From the sequence record NC_014260.1: DNA of 64,000 bases, one strand, 5' to 3'. Source of the DNA: Escherichia phage IME08. Shown piece by piece: positions 32,477 to 42,909 of this stretch. Each line of letters starts with the position of its first letter. Position 1 is the first letter of the stretch. A program made the position numbers and the translations under genes. The notes below the pieces were generated by a model. The model saw only the letters and a program-made list of their open reading frames with translations, was not told the DNA's origin and made no database searches.

Positions 32477-34459
32477 ATGGCTTTATTATCACCGGGCATT
32501 GAGCTCAAAGAAACGTCCGTACAGAGTACTGTCGTTCGTAACGCAACGGGTCGTGCAGCGCTGGTTGGTAAATTCCAGTGGGGCCCTGCTTTCCAGGTAA
32601 CTCAAATTACTAACGAAGTTGAACTGGTGGATTTGTTTGGAGGTCCTAATAACGAAGTAGCAGATTATTTTATGTCTGGTATGAACTTCCTCCAGTATGG
32701 TAACGACCTTCGTACAGTTCGTGTTGTTAGTCGTGAGTTTGCTAAAAACGCATCTCCTGTTGCAGGTAATATCGAAACCACTATTACTACGGCTGGTTCT
32801 AACTATGCGGTAGGCGATAAAATCAATATTAAATATAACCAAACTGTAATCGAATCTGAAGGCCGTGTGACTTCTGTAGATACGGATGGTAAAATTCTTT
32901 CCGTGTTTATTCCATCGGCAAAAATTATTGCTTATGCACGTTCTTTAAACCAGTATCCTACCCTGGGTCCGGCTTGGACTGCTGAAGTTACTTCCGCTTC
33001 TTCTGGTGTTTCTGGTACTATTACTGTAGGCAAAATTGTTACCGATTCCGGTATTCTTTTGACCGAAGCCGAGAATAGTGAAGAAGCTATTACTTCTCTG
33101 GAATTCCAGGCCTCCCTTAAACAATTCGCTATGCCTGGCGTAGTCGCTCTTTATCCTGGCGAAATTGGTAGTACTCTAGAAGTTGAAATTGTTTCTAAAG
33201 CCGCTTATGATGCTGGTTCTACTAAAATGTTGGATATTTATCCAAATGGTGGTACGCGTGCTTCTGTTGCTAAAGCGGTATTCAACTACGGCCCACAATC
33301 AGAAGACCAATACGCTATTATTGTTCGTCGTGATGGCGCTATCGTAGAATCTGTAGTACTTTCTACCAAAGAAGGCGAAAAAGACGTTTACGGTAATAAC
33401 ATTTATCTCGATGACTATTTCGCTAAAGGCACTTCTAATTATATTTTTGCTACCTCTTTGAACTGGCCTAAAGGCTTCAGCGGTATCATTAATCTGATGG
33501 GCGGTGTTTCTGCCAACGATAAAGTTACCGCAGGTGATTTGATGCAGGGTTGGGATTTGTTTGCCGACCGCGAAGCATTACATATCAACCTTTTGATTGC
33601 CGGTGCTGTTGCTGGTGAAGGTGACGAAGTTGCTTCTACCGTTCAGAAACACGTGGTGAGCATTGCCGATGAACGTCAGGATTGCTTGGCATTTATTTCT
33701 CCTCCTAAAGGCCTGTTGGTTAACGTTCCATTGACTCGTGCAGTAGATAACCTTATCGACTGGCGTACAGGTTCTGGTAATTTTGATACCAACAACATGA
33801 ACATTAGCACCACTTATGCTGCTATTGATGGTAACTATAAATATCAGTATGACAAATATAATGACGTAAACCGTTGGGTGCCTCTGGCCGCCGATATGGC
33901 TGGTTTGTGTGCACGTACTGATGATGTTTCTCAGCCTTGGATGTCTCCAGCTGGTTATAACCGTGGCCAGATTCTTAACGTTCTGAAATTGGCAATTGAA
34001 CCTCGTCAAGCTCAACGTGACCGCATGTACCAAGAAGCTATTAACCCAGTTGTAGGTTTTGCCGGCGGTGATGGCTTCGTATTGTTTGGTGATAAGACTG
34101 CAACTAAAGTTCCATCTCCGATGGACCACATTAACGTTCGCCGTCTGTTCAACATGCTTAAGAAAAATATCGGCGATGCCTCTAAATATAAACTGTTTGA
34201 ATTGAACGACAACTTCACTCGTTCAAGCTTCCGTATGGAAGTTTCTCAGTACTTAGATGGTATTAAGGCACTTGGTGGGATTTATGAAGGACGTGTGGTT
34301 TGTGATACTACAGTGAACACCCCTGCGGTTATCGACCGTAATGAGTTTATTGCTAATATATACATCAAACCGGCGAGATCGATAAATTATATCACTCTTA
34401 ATTTCGTGGCTACTTCTACCGGTGCAGATTTTGACGAGTTGATTGGACCTTTAGTATAA
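32477..34459 (+). CDS. 18: gp18 tail sheath protein
   Basis: 660 aa vs T4 659 aa; position; TATAAATA upstream. Confidence 0.9.
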   Translation: MALLSPGIELKETSVQSTVVRNATGRAALVGKFQWGPAFQVTQITNEVELVDLFGGPNNEVADYFMSGMNFLQYGNDLRTVRVVSREFAKNASPVAGNIETTITTAGSNYAVGDKINIKYNQTVIESEGRVTSVDTDGKILSVFIPSAKIIAYARSLNQYPTLGPAWTAEVTSASSGVSGTITVGKIVTDSGILLTEAENSEEAITSLEFQASLKQFAMPGVVALYPGEIGSTLEVEIVSKAAYDAGSTKMLDIYPNGGTRASVAKAVFNYGPQSEDQYAIIVRRDGAIVESVVLSTKEGEKDVYGNNIYLDDYFAKGTSNYIFATSLNWPKGFSGIINLMGGVSANDKVTAGDLMQGWDLFADREALHINLLIAGAVAGEGDEVASTVQKHVVSIADERQDCLAFISPPKGLLVNVPLTRAVDNLIDWRTGSGNFDTNNMNISTTYAAIDGNYKYQYDKYNDVNRWVPLAADMAGLCARTDDVSQPWMSPAGYNRGQILNVLKLAIEPRQAQRDRMYQEAINPVVGFAGGDGFVLFGDKTATKVPSPMDHINVRRLFNMLKKNIGDASKYKLFELNDNFTRSSFRMEVSQYLDGIKALGGIYEGRVVCDTTVNTPAVIDRNEFIANIYIKPARSINYITLNFVATSTGADFDELIGPLV

Positions 34460-34584
34460 TCTATTATCCCAGGCTGTAATATAAAGAACCTAAAACCATT
34501 ATACCATGAGTTTGGTTACAGCGTACATCACGCAGAATTGCGCCTGGGATTGATTATTCTCTCAGAATATGATTTATCAACTGT

Positions 34585-34592
34585 TATAAATA
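34585..34592 (+). promoter_or_regulatory. late promoter TATAAATA (gene 19)
   Basis: Exact octamer. Confidence 0.55.
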
Positions 34593-34644
34593 AATTAATC
34601 AGAACGTTCCTGGTGTGTCCAGGAACTGACTTATGAGGCATCCC

Positions 34645-35136
34645 ATGGAGTTGACAGATATCACTCGTGCATTTGAGTCAGGTGACTTTGCACGCCCTAA
34701 CCTTTTCGAAGTGGAAATTCCATTTCTTGGTAAAAACTTTAGCTTTAAATGTAAAGCAGCACCTATGCCAGCAGGCATTGTAGAAAAAGTACCGGTTGGC
34801 TACATGAACCGTAAAATTAACGTAGCTGGTGACCGTACGTTTGATGATTGGACCATTACCATTTATAACGATGATGCACATGACACTCGTCAAGCAATTG
34901 TTGATTGGCAGAATCTCTGCCATGGTATGACCAATGAAATTACGGGCGCAGCACCTGCAGAATATAAGAAACAAGCAGTAGTTCGCCAGTTCCATCGTGA
35001 CGGCAAGACTGTGACCAAAGAAGTTACAATTTACGGCTTATGGCCTACTAACGTTGGTGAAGTCCAGATGGATTGGGATTCGAACAACGAAGTTGAAACG
35101 TTTGAAAGTACGTTCGCTATCGATTGGTGGGAATGA
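34645..35136 (+). CDS. 19: gp19 tail tube protein
   Basis: TRAFESGDFARPNLF and C-terminal motifs match T4 gp19; ATG 34645 with SD. Confidence 0.95.
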   Translation: MELTDITRAFESGDFARPNLFEVEIPFLGKNFSFKCKAAPMPAGIVEKVPVGYMNRKINVAGDRTFDDWTITIYNDDAHDTRQAIVDWQNLCHGMTNEITGAAPAEYKKQAVVRQFHRDGKTVTKEVTIYGLWPTNVGEVQMDWDSNNEVETFESTFAIDWWE

Positions 35137-35137
35137 G

Positions 35138-35145
35138 TATAAATA
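35138..35145 (+). promoter_or_regulatory. late promoter TATAAATA (gene 20)
   Basis: Exact octamer. Confidence 0.55.
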
Positions 35146-35153
35146 GAATTATC

Positions 35154-35171
35154 AAGGAGCTTCGGCTCCTT
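35154..35171 (+). terminator. stem-loop AGGAGC-UUCG-GCUCCU between genes 19 and 20
   Basis: Lies downstream of the gene 20 late promoter, so may be a 5' UTR structure. Confidence 0.4.
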
Positions 35172-35193
35172 ATCCCATTCATCGGAGACTCTA

Positions 35194-36768
35194 ATGGCAA
35201 ACTTTAATACAATATTAAGTTTTCTTAAGCCATGGGCTAATGAAGACGAAAAAGAATATAAACAACAAATTAATAACAATTTAGAGTCTGTCACCGCACC
35301 TAAGCTTGATGATGGCGCTCGCGAAATTGAGACACAAGAGCAAAATATTCCTTATAATGCTCTTATGCAACAGATGTTTGGTAGTAATGAGCCTGAAGTT
35401 AAAAATACCAGGGAACTTATTGATACCTACCGTAATTTAATGAACAACTATGAAGTCGACAACGCCGTACAGGAAATTGTGTCTGACGCTATTGTCTATG
35501 AGGATGATAAAGAAGTAGTTGCATTGAATTTAGACGGGACAGAATTTAGCCAAGCAATTAAAGATAAAATCTTGGCCGAATTCAGTGAAGTTTTAAACCT
35601 TTTAAATTTCCAACGTAAAGGCACTGACCATTTCCAACGCTGGTATGTAGACTCAAGAATTTTCTTTCATAAAATTATAAACCCTAAAAAAATGAAAGAT
35701 GGCGTACAAGAGCTTCGTCGCTTAGACCCGCGCCAAGTCCAATATATTCGTGAAATCGTTACACGTATGGAAGATGGTGTTAAAATTGTAGACGGATATC
35801 GTGAGTTTTTCGTTTACGACACAGGTCATGAAAGCTATTGCGCAGATGGACGCATTTATTCAGCCGGGACTAAAGTTAAAATTCCTCGTGCTGCTGTGGT
35901 TTATGCCCATTCAGGATTATTAGATTGTTGTGGTAAAAACATCATTGGCTATTTGCAACGTGCTATTAAGCCTGCAAACCAGCTTAAATTGATGGAAGAC
36001 GCAATGGTCATCTACCGTATTACCCGTGCTCCTGACCGTCGTGTATTTTATATCGATACAGGTAATATGCCTTCACGTAAGGCTGCAGCACAAATGCAAC
36101 ATATAATGAACACGATGAAAAACCGTGTAGTGTATGATGCTTCGACAGGTAAAATTAAAAACCAACAACACAATATGTCCATGACTGAAGACTATTGGTT
36201 GCAACGTCGTGACGGTAAAGCGGTTACAGAAGTTGATACAATGCCAGGTGCTACTGGTATGAGTGATATGGATGACGTTCTTTATTTCCGCACAGCACTT
36301 TACCGTGCACTGCGTATTCCAGAATCACGTATCCCTAGTGAATCTAATTCAGGTGTTATGTTTGATGCCGGTACAGCTATAACTCGTGACGAGTTGAAAT
36401 TTGCTAAATGGATTCGCCAGCTCCAAAATAAATTTGAAGAAATTTTCTTAGACCCATTAAAAACAAACCTCATTCTTAAAAAGATTATTACAGAAGATGA
36501 GTGGGAAAGAGAAATAAATAATATTAAAGTTACGTTCAATCGTGATAGCTATTTCAGTGAAATGAAAGATGCGGAAATCATGGAACGCAGAATCAATATG
36601 CTAACGATGGCTGAACCATTTATTGGTAAGTACATTTCACATCAAACGGCTATGAAAGATTTCCTTCAGATGACTGACGAAGAAATTAATCAAGAAGCTA
36701 AGCAAATTGAAGAAGAGTCTAAAGAGGCTCGTTTCCAAAACCCAGATGAAGAAGAAGAGGATTTCTAA
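35194..36768 (+). CDS. 20: gp20 portal protein
   Basis: 524 aa as in T4; position. Confidence 0.9.
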   Translation: MANFNTILSFLKPWANEDEKEYKQQINNNLESVTAPKLDDGAREIETQEQNIPYNALMQQMFGSNEPEVKNTRELIDTYRNLMNNYEVDNAVQEIVSDAIVYEDDKEVVALNLDGTEFSQAIKDKILAEFSEVLNLLNFQRKGTDHFQRWYVDSRIFFHKIINPKKMKDGVQELRRLDPRQVQYIREIVTRMEDGVKIVDGYREFFVYDTGHESYCADGRIYSAGTKVKIPRAAVVYAHSGLLDCCGKNIIGYLQRAIKPANQLKLMEDAMVIYRITRAPDRRVFYIDTGNMPSRKAAAQMQHIMNTMKNRVVYDASTGKIKNQQHNMSMTEDYWLQRRDGKAVTEVDTMPGATGMSDMDDVLYFRTALYRALRIPESRIPSESNSGVMFDAGTAITRDELKFAKWIRQLQNKFEEIFLDPLKTNLILKKIITEDEWEREINNIKVTFNRDSYFSEMKDAEIMERRINMLTMAEPFIGKYISHQTAMKDFLQMTDEEINQEAKQIEEESKEARFQNPDEEEEDF

Positions 36769-37037
36769 TGGAAGATTTAATCGAAGCTATTAAATCAAAC
36801 GACCTCGTAGCAGTTCGTAAAGCAGCAGCCCCGCTTATCGAATCTCGAGTAGCCGCTTTGATTGAAGCCCGTAAAGCAGAAATTGCTCGCTCCGTTATGA
36901 TTGAAGGCGAAGAAGCTGACGAAGATGACGAAGACGAAGATGACAAAAAATCCGATAAAGCAGATAAGAAAGACAAAAAAGAATCTGACGACGCGGATGA
37001 AGGTGATGATGGCGATGACGACGAGGACGATGAATAA
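36768..37037 (+). CDS. 67: gp67 prohead core protein
   Basis: Small protein with acidic D/E-rich tail; position after gene 20. Confidence 0.75.
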   Translation: MEDLIEAIKSNDLVAVRKAAAPLIESRVAALIEARKAEIARSVMIEGEEADEDDEDEDDKKSDKADKKDKKESDDADEGDDGDDDEDDE

Positions 37038-37465
37038 TGTTCCTTATCCCTGATGATTACGAATTAACTCTTGAAAGCGTAGAGGCCAAAATTCTAGAAG
37101 CACAGGGACGTTTTGCTATTCTTTCTGAAGCACTCGAGAAAAGCGATATAAATAATCTTGTAGAGAACATGATTGCTGATGGTGATATCGATACAGCTAT
37201 TGCCATTGCTTCTTTGAATGAAAATATGGCTCTTAACGAATTTATCGTTAAGCATGTCTCCTCTAAAGGTGAGCTTACTCGTACTAAAGATATTAAAACC
37301 CGTCAACGCAATGCTTATCAAACGACTGGGTTATCTAAAGCAAAACGCCGTCAGATTGCTCGCAAAGCATCTAAAACCAAACGTGCTAATCCGTCTACTC
37401 AAGTACGTGCTGAACGTAAGCGTAAAAAAGCTCGTTCTAAACGTAAAGCCTTTGGACTTAACTAA
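37037..37465 (+). CDS. 68: gp68 prohead core protein
   Basis: 142 aa vs T4 141 aa; basic C-terminus; position. Confidence 0.75.
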   Translation: MFLIPDDYELTLESVEAKILEAQGRFAILSEALEKSDINNLVENMIADGDIDTAIAIASLNENMALNEFIVKHVSSKGELTRTKDIKTRQRNAYQTTGLSKAKRRQIARKASKTKRANPSTQVRAERKRKKARSKRKAFGLN

Positions 37466-38100
37466 TGAAACCTGAATTGCTCATCGAACATTGGGGACAA
37501 CCAGGTGAAATTATCGATGGGGTTCCTATGTTGGAATCTCATGATGGGAAAGATTCTGGACTTGCCCCAGGCCTTTATATAGAAGGCATTTTCATGCAAG
37601 CCGAAGTAGTTAACCGTAATAAACGTCTTTACCCAAAACCTATTTTGGAAAAAGCCGTTGCCGATTATATGGCAGAACAAGTTGCTACTAAACAAGCTTT
37701 AGGAGAATTAAATCATCCGCCTCGTGCTAACGTCGACCCTATGCAAGCCGCTATTATTATAGAAGATATGTGGTGGAAAGGTAATGACGTTTATGGACGT
37801 GCACGTATCATCGAAGGTGACCATGGTCCAGGTGATAAACTAGCTGCAAATATTCGAGCAGGTTGGGTTCCTGGTGTTAGTTCTCGTGGTCTTGGTTCTT
37901 TAACCGAAACCAACAAAGGATATAAGCGTGTAAACGAAGGTTATAAATTAACCGTCGGTGTTGATGCAGTATGGGGACCATCTGCTCCTGATGCTTATGT
38001 AACTCCAAAGCAAATTACAGAATCACAAACGGTAGAAACCGATACCAGTGCCGATGACGCCTTTATGGCTCTCGCAGAGGCCATGAAAAAAGCGTTATAA
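37465..38100 (+). CDS. 21: gp21 prohead core protease
   Basis: 211 aa vs T4 212 aa; position. Confidence 0.85.
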   Translation: MKPELLIEHWGQPGEIIDGVPMLESHDGKDSGLAPGLYIEGIFMQAEVVNRNKRLYPKPILEKAVADYMAEQVATKQALGELNHPPRANVDPMQAAIIIEDMWWKGNDVYGRARIIEGDHGPGDKLAANIRAGWVPGVSSRGLGSLTETNKGYKRVNEGYKLTVGVDAVWGPSAPDAYVTPKQITESQTVETDTSADDAFMALAEAMKKAL

Positions 38101-38103
38101 ATA
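38096..38103 (+). promoter_or_regulatory. late promoter TATAAATA (gene 22)
   Basis: Exact octamer. Confidence 0.55.
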
Positions 38104-38130
38104 TTATTATCTAAACAACAGGACTACAAA

Positions 38131-38946
38131 ATGCTTAAAGAACAACTGATTGCCGAAGCACAGAATATTGATGCTTCCGTTGCTCTTGATAGTATTTTCG
38201 AATCAGTTAATATTTCTCCGGAAGCAAAAGAAACTTTCGGCACTGTATTCGAAGCTACCGTCAAGCAACACGCCGTGAAACTGGCTGAATCTCACATCGC
38301 TAAAATCGCTGAAAAAGCGGAAGAAGAAGTTGAGAAAAATAAAGAAGAAGCTGAAGAAAAAGCCGATAAGAAAATCCAAGAAGCTGCCGGTCGTTTCCTT
38401 GACCACGTTGCTAAAGAATGGATGGCTGAAAACCAGCTGGCTGTTGATAAAGGTATTAAAGCCGAACTGTTCGAATCCATGTTGATGGGTATGAAAGAAC
38501 TGTTTGTTGAACACAATGTGGTTGTTCCAGAAGAAGCAGTAGATGTTGTTGCTGAAATGGAAGAAGAATTGGCTGAACAGAAAGCCGAAACCGCTCGCCT
38601 GTTCGAAGAAGTTGGTAAGCGTGATTCTTATATCAATTACGTACAGCGTGAAGTTGCTGTTACGGAAGCAACCAAAGACCTGACCGAATCTCAGAAAGAA
38701 AAAGTTAGTTCTCTGGTAGAAGGCATGGATTATTCCGATGCATTTGGTAAAAAAATTAGCGCTATCGTTGAAATGGTTAAAGGTCAGTCTGACGTTGAAA
38801 AACCAATCACCGAAGCCGCTATAAATAAAACTGAAGACGATGCTGCAGCACTGAATTACATTTCGGAAGCAGTTGAAGAAAAAGGCGCTAAGCCTACCCT
38901 GTCCTTCGCGGACCTGTCTGCAATCGCAGCATCACGAATTTCTTAA
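38131..38946 (+). CDS. 22: gp22 prohead core scaffold
   Basis: 271 aa, E/K-rich helical; position; TATAAATA upstream. Confidence 0.85.
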   Translation: MLKEQLIAEAQNIDASVALDSIFESVNISPEAKETFGTVFEATVKQHAVKLAESHIAKIAEKAEEEVEKNKEEAEEKADKKIQEAAGRFLDHVAKEWMAENQLAVDKGIKAELFESMLMGMKELFVEHNVVVPEEAVDVVAEMEEELAEQKAETARLFEEVGKRDSYINYVQREVAVTEATKDLTESQKEKVSSLVEGMDYSDAFGKKISAIVEMVKGQSDVEKPITEAAINKTEDDAAALNYISEAVEEKGAKPTLSFADLSAIAASRIS

Positions 38947-38967
38947 TTTAATAAGGTTATACAACAC

Positions 38968-40527
38968 ATGAAAAAGAATGCATTAGTTCAAAAATGGTCC
39001 GCTCTGCTGGAAAACGAAGCTCTTCCTGAAATCGTTGGTGCTTCTAAACAAGCTATCATCGCTAAAATTTTCGAAAACCAGGAACAAGACATCCTGACTG
39101 CTCCAGAATATCGTGACGAAAAAATCTCCGAAGCATTTGGTTCTTTCCTGACTGAAGCTGAAATCGGTGGTGACCACGGTTATGATGCTACCAATATCGC
39201 AGCTGGCCAGACCTCTGGTGCTGTAACTCAGATTGGGCCGGCAGTAATGGGTATGGTTCGTCGTGCTATTCCTCATCTGATTGCTTTTGATATTTGTGGT
39301 GTTCAGCCTCTGAATAACCCTACTGGTCAGGTATTTGCACTGCGTGCAGTATACGGTAAAGACCCTATCGCTGCAGGCGCTAAAGAAGCTTTCCATCCGA
39401 TGTATGCTCCGAACGCTATGTTCTCTGGTCAGGGTGCTGCTGAAACTTTCGAAGCACTGGCTGCAAGCAAAGTTCTGGAAGTTGGTAAAATTTATTCTCA
39501 CTTCTTCGAAGCTACCGGTGCTGCACACTTCCAGGCTGTTGAAGCTGTGACCGTTGATGCAGGCGCTACTGATGCCGCTAAACTGGATGCTGCTGTTACC
39601 GCTCTGGTTGAAGCTGGTCAACTGGCTGAAATCGCTGAAGGTATGGCTACTTCTATCGCTGAACTTCAGGAAGGTTTCAACGGTTCTACCGATAACCCGT
39701 GGAACGAAATGGGCTTCCGCATCGACAAACAAGTTATCGAAGCTAAATCCCGTCAGCTGAAAGCAAGCTACTCTATCGAACTGGCACAGGACCTTCGTGC
39801 AGTACACGGTATGGATGCAGATGCTGAACTGTCCGGTATCCTTGCTACCGAAATTATGCTCGAAATCAACCGTGAAGTTATCGATTGGATTAACTACTCT
39901 GCACAGGTTGGTAAATCTGGTATGACCAACACCGTTGGCGCTAAAGCTGGTGTGTTTGACTTCCAGGACCCGATTGATATCCGTGGTGCTCGTTGGGCCG
40001 GTGAGAGCTTTAAAGCCCTTCTGTTCCAGATTGATAAAGAAGCAGCCGAAATCGCTCGTCAGACCGGTCGTGGTGCTGGTAACTTCATCATCGCTTCCCG
40101 TAACGTAGTTAACGTACTGGCTGCAGTTGATACTTCTGTAAGTTATGCAGCTCAAGGTTTGGGTCAGGGTTTCAACGTTGACACAACCAAAGCAGTATTT
40201 GCCGGTGTTCTTGGTGGTAAATATCGTGTTTACATCGACCAGTATGCTCGTTCCGATTACTTCACCATCGGTTATAAAGGTTCTAACGAAATGGACGCAG
40301 GTATCTACTATGCTCCGTACGTTGCACTGACTCCGCTGCGTGGTTCCGATCCGAAGAACTTCCAACCGGTAATGGGCTTCAAAACTCGTTACGGTATCGG
40401 TATTAACCCGTTCGCTGACCCAGCTGCTCAGGCGCCTACCAAACGTATTCAGAATGGTATGCCTGACATCGTTAACAGCCTCGGTCTGAATGGTTACTTC
40501 CGTCGCGTTTACGTTAAGGGAATTTGA
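38968..40527 (+). CDS. 23: gp23 major capsid protein
   Basis: 519 aa vs T4 521 aa; position. Confidence 0.95.
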   Translation: MKKNALVQKWSALLENEALPEIVGASKQAIIAKIFENQEQDILTAPEYRDEKISEAFGSFLTEAEIGGDHGYDATNIAAGQTSGAVTQIGPAVMGMVRRAIPHLIAFDICGVQPLNNPTGQVFALRAVYGKDPIAAGAKEAFHPMYAPNAMFSGQGAAETFEALAASKVLEVGKIYSHFFEATGAAHFQAVEAVTVDAGATDAAKLDAAVTALVEAGQLAEIAEGMATSIAELQEGFNGSTDNPWNEMGFRIDKQVIEAKSRQLKASYSIELAQDLRAVHGMDADAELSGILATEIMLEINREVIDWINYSAQVGKSGMTNTVGAKAGVFDFQDPIDIRGARWAGESFKALLFQIDKEAAEIARQTGRGAGNFIIASRNVVNVLAAVDTSVSYAAQGLGQGFNVDTTKAVFAGVLGGKYRVYIDQYARSDYFTIGYKGSNEMDAGIYYAPYVALTPLRGSDPKNFQPVMGFKTRYGIGINPFADPAAQAPTKRIQNGMPDIVNSLGLNGYFRRVYVKGI

Positions 40528-40557
40528 TAACATAAGTTATTAATTCTTAAATTATTT

Positions 40558-40575
40558 GGGAGACTTCGGTCTCCC
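40558..40575. terminator. bidirectional stem-loop between gene 23 and segD-like gene
   Basis: GGGAGAC-UUCG-GUCUCCC between convergent genes. Confidence 0.65.
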
Positions 40576-40585
40576 ATTCTTGTTT

Positions 40586-41257
40586 CTATAACTTATAGCA
40601 ATCGTCAAATTGAGGCCTTGTTTCTTTAATCCAATTACGAATGGTAGCTCCGGTAACATTAAAAAATTCGGCGGCGGTTTCGTATCTGTCAAATCTATAT
40701 CCTTTAATCATTATATCAACAAATACAAATTTCTTACCTTTATTAGAGTTCTCTCTAATTTTGGCTTTATGTTCTTCCGATAGTTTCCTACCTTTAAGAT
40801 GAGAATCCCTATTCTCATAAAACTTTTTATTAGCTATAGATTTGTTTTCTCGGTGCTCTTTGGATTCTTTAGAACCTGTTTTCGATTTAGACATTTTGGC
40901 CCTTACTTCCTTGGTCATACCTGCCTTGGTCTTTTCGGATAACATCTCACGATACCCAGGTTCCTGTAAAGCTACTATAACAGGATTACCCTTACCACCT
41001 AAAGCTGCATTATAAGTATCTGTTCTCATAACAAAAGCCTCGTCAACTAGTTCGGCTTCCTTAGCATACATCTCTTCAGATGTTTCGAAATTGAAAAGGA
41101 TTTCCTTTTTAAAATTCTCTAAGCCGTATTTCTTTATGGATTTTACTATGTTAACCCCGGAGCCCATATAAGAATCATTAACATCTGTAGTGGCATGGGC
41201 TCCAACATAAATCTTGTTATTAATGAGATTGGTTATTTTGTAAATTAAATAATTCAT
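40586..41257 (-). CDS. GIY-YIG homing endonuclease, SegD-like
   Basis: N-terminal IYKITNLINNKIYVGAH; 223 aa; sits between genes 23 and 24 as T4 segD does. Confidence 0.8.
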   Translation of the reverse strand: MNYLIYKITNLINNKIYVGAHATTDVNDSYMGSGVNIVKSIKKYGLENFKKEILFNFETSEEMYAKEAELVDEAFVMRTDTYNAALGGKGNPVIVALQEPGYREMLSEKTKAGMTKEVRAKMSKSKTGSKESKEHRENKSIANKKFYENRDSHLKGRKLSEEHKAKIRENSNKGKKFVFVDIMIKGYRFDRYETAAEFFNVTGATIRNWIKETRPQFDDCYKL

Positions 41258-41260
41258 ATT

Positions 41261-41527
41261 TTACGCTGCTTTGACACGACGGTTGATGATATCACGGAAG
41301 TCAATACGATTTTCTTGGATTTTCAGCCAGTTACCAGATTTGTCTTTGGTATGGGTAGAGTATTCACCGTTCCACCAGAAGTCGGTAGCATAAGCCATGG
41401 CTTCGTATTTCTTAACTAGTGCATTCACTGCATTACCGTTAGGATTGGAACCATATTTTTCTACCAGGGCTTTGATGTCTTTATCAAGAGCGGAAAGAGT
41501 AGTACGAATAAAGTTTAACTTGTTCAT
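41261..41527 (-). CDS. hypothetical protein with its own early-type promoter
   Basis: ORF track 41261..41542; first ATG lies inside the SD, so start moved to 41527. Confidence 0.5.
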   Translation of the reverse strand: MNKLNFIRTTLSALDKDIKALVEKYGSNPNGNAVNALVKKYEAMAYATDFWWNGEYSTHTKDKSGNWLKIQENRIDFRDIINRRVKAA

Positions 41528-41556
41528 TTTTAATCTCCTCATGTTTTGATAGGTCT

Positions 41557-41586
41557 ATAGTAACATGTGATAACCTTGCTGTAAAC
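41557..41586 (-). promoter_or_regulatory. early-type promoter GTTTAC-N18-TACTAT
   Basis: Upstream of 41261..41527. Confidence 0.5.
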
Positions 41587-41592
41587 AACTTT

Positions 41593-41600
41593 TATAAATA
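41593..41600 (+). promoter_or_regulatory. late promoter TATAAATA (gene 24)
   Basis: Exact octamer. Confidence 0.6.
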
Positions 41601-41628
41601 AACATATACCCTCAATAAGGAAAGCGCA

Positions 41629-42909
41629 ATGGCAAAGATTAACGAATTACTGCGCGAGTCAACAACTACTTCTAGCAACTCATTGGGTCGCCCTAATCTT
41701 GTTGCTTTGACCCGTGCTACAACCAAATTGATTTACCGTGATATTATTGCTGAACAACGTACTAGCCAGCCTATTGCTGCATTGTATGGTGTCAAATATC
41801 TTACCCCTGATAATGAATTCAGTTTCCAAACTGGTGCTGTTTATGGCGGTGAAGTTGGTTCTAAAGACCGTGAAACTATCCCAGAACTCACAGATAAGGC
41901 CCAGGCGATTGCCAAGGGTGAATATTTCAAGTATCAGAATATTGTTTATAAGGCTCTTCAAGCAAGCCCACTCGCATCCACTAGCGCTACAGAATTGGCT
42001 GATGCCCTTCAAGAAGGTTTGGTGTCATTAACATGTCGTCTGGTTCCTGATGCGGCTCACACAGAGAAATTCGAAGCAGGTGATGTTGAAATTAGCAATG
42101 CAGTATTCCAGGTTAATAAATGGAACGCACCTGTTAAGTCTCGTAAACTTAAAACCGCTTTGACTGTAGAACTAGCCCAAGACATGGAATCCAATGGCTT
42201 CGACGCCCCTGCATTCTTAGAAGACCTCCTGGCTACAGTAATGGCAGATGAAATTAATAAAGACGTTCTGCAGTCTCTAATAACTGTATCTAAACGCTAT
42301 AAAGTTACCGGTGTATCTGATAACGGTATTGTCGATTTGTCTTATGACAGTGCTCCGGAATCTGCACGTAAACTTTATGAAATGGTTTGTGAGATGAATT
42401 CTGAAATTCAGAAAACCACTTCTTATTCAGGTACGTTTGTTGTCGCATCTAGTCGTGTAGCTGCAATGCTTGCTGGTTCAGGTTGGTTGAAACATAAACC
42501 AGAAGATGAAGCTTGGCTCCCAGAAACCGCTTATGGTTATTTGATTAACGGATTGCCTGTATTCTGTGATGTTAATAGTCCTTTAGATTATGTTATCGTG
42601 GGCGTTAAAGAAGATTACGGCGGTAATGAAGTGGTTGGTTCTATTTTCTATGCTCCGTATACCGAAGGTCTGGATTTAGACGACCAAGAACATGTTGGTG
42701 CCTATAAAGTTATTGTAGACCCTGATAGTTTGCAACCGGCTATTTCTCTGATGGTTCGTTATGCACTTTCAGCAAACCCATATACCGTTGCTAAAGATGA
42801 TAAAGAAGCTCGTGTTATAGACGCAACTAATATGGATTTAATGGCAGGGCAGAGTAACATGTCTTATCTGCTTGGTGTTAAACTTCCTCCAATTATTTAC
42901 GAGGCATAA
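41629..42909 (+). CDS. 24: gp24 capsid vertex protein
   Basis: Collinear match to T4 gp24 (MAKINELLRESTTT, KSRKLKT..TVELAQD, NPYTVAKD.KEAR); TATAAATA upstream. Confidence 0.95.
   Translation: MAKINELLRESTTTSSNSLGRPNLVALTRATTKLIYRDIIAEQRTSQPIAALYGVKYLTPDNEFSFQTGAVYGGEVGSKDRETIPELTDKAQAIAKGEYFKYQNIVYKALQASPLASTSATELADALQEGLVSLTCRLVPDAAHTEKFEAGDVEISNAVFQVNKWNAPVKSRKLKTALTVELAQDMESNGFDAPAFLEDLLATVMADEINKDVLQSLITVSKRYKVTGVSDNGIVDLSYDSAPESARKLYEMVCEMNSEIQKTTSYSGTFVVASSRVAAMLAGSGWLKHKPEDEAWLPETAYGYLINGLPVFCDVNSPLDYVIVGVKEDYGGNEVVGSIFYAPYTEGLDLDDQEHVGAYKVIVDPDSLQPAISLMVRYALSANPYTVAKDDKEARVIDATNMDLMAGQSNMSYLLGVKLPPIIYEA

Noticed and set aside
38983-40533. 516-aa minus-strand ORF antisense to gene 23
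   Set aside because: Fully overlaps the well-supported major capsid gene on the other strand; low-complexity translation with no start context; typical antisense artefact.
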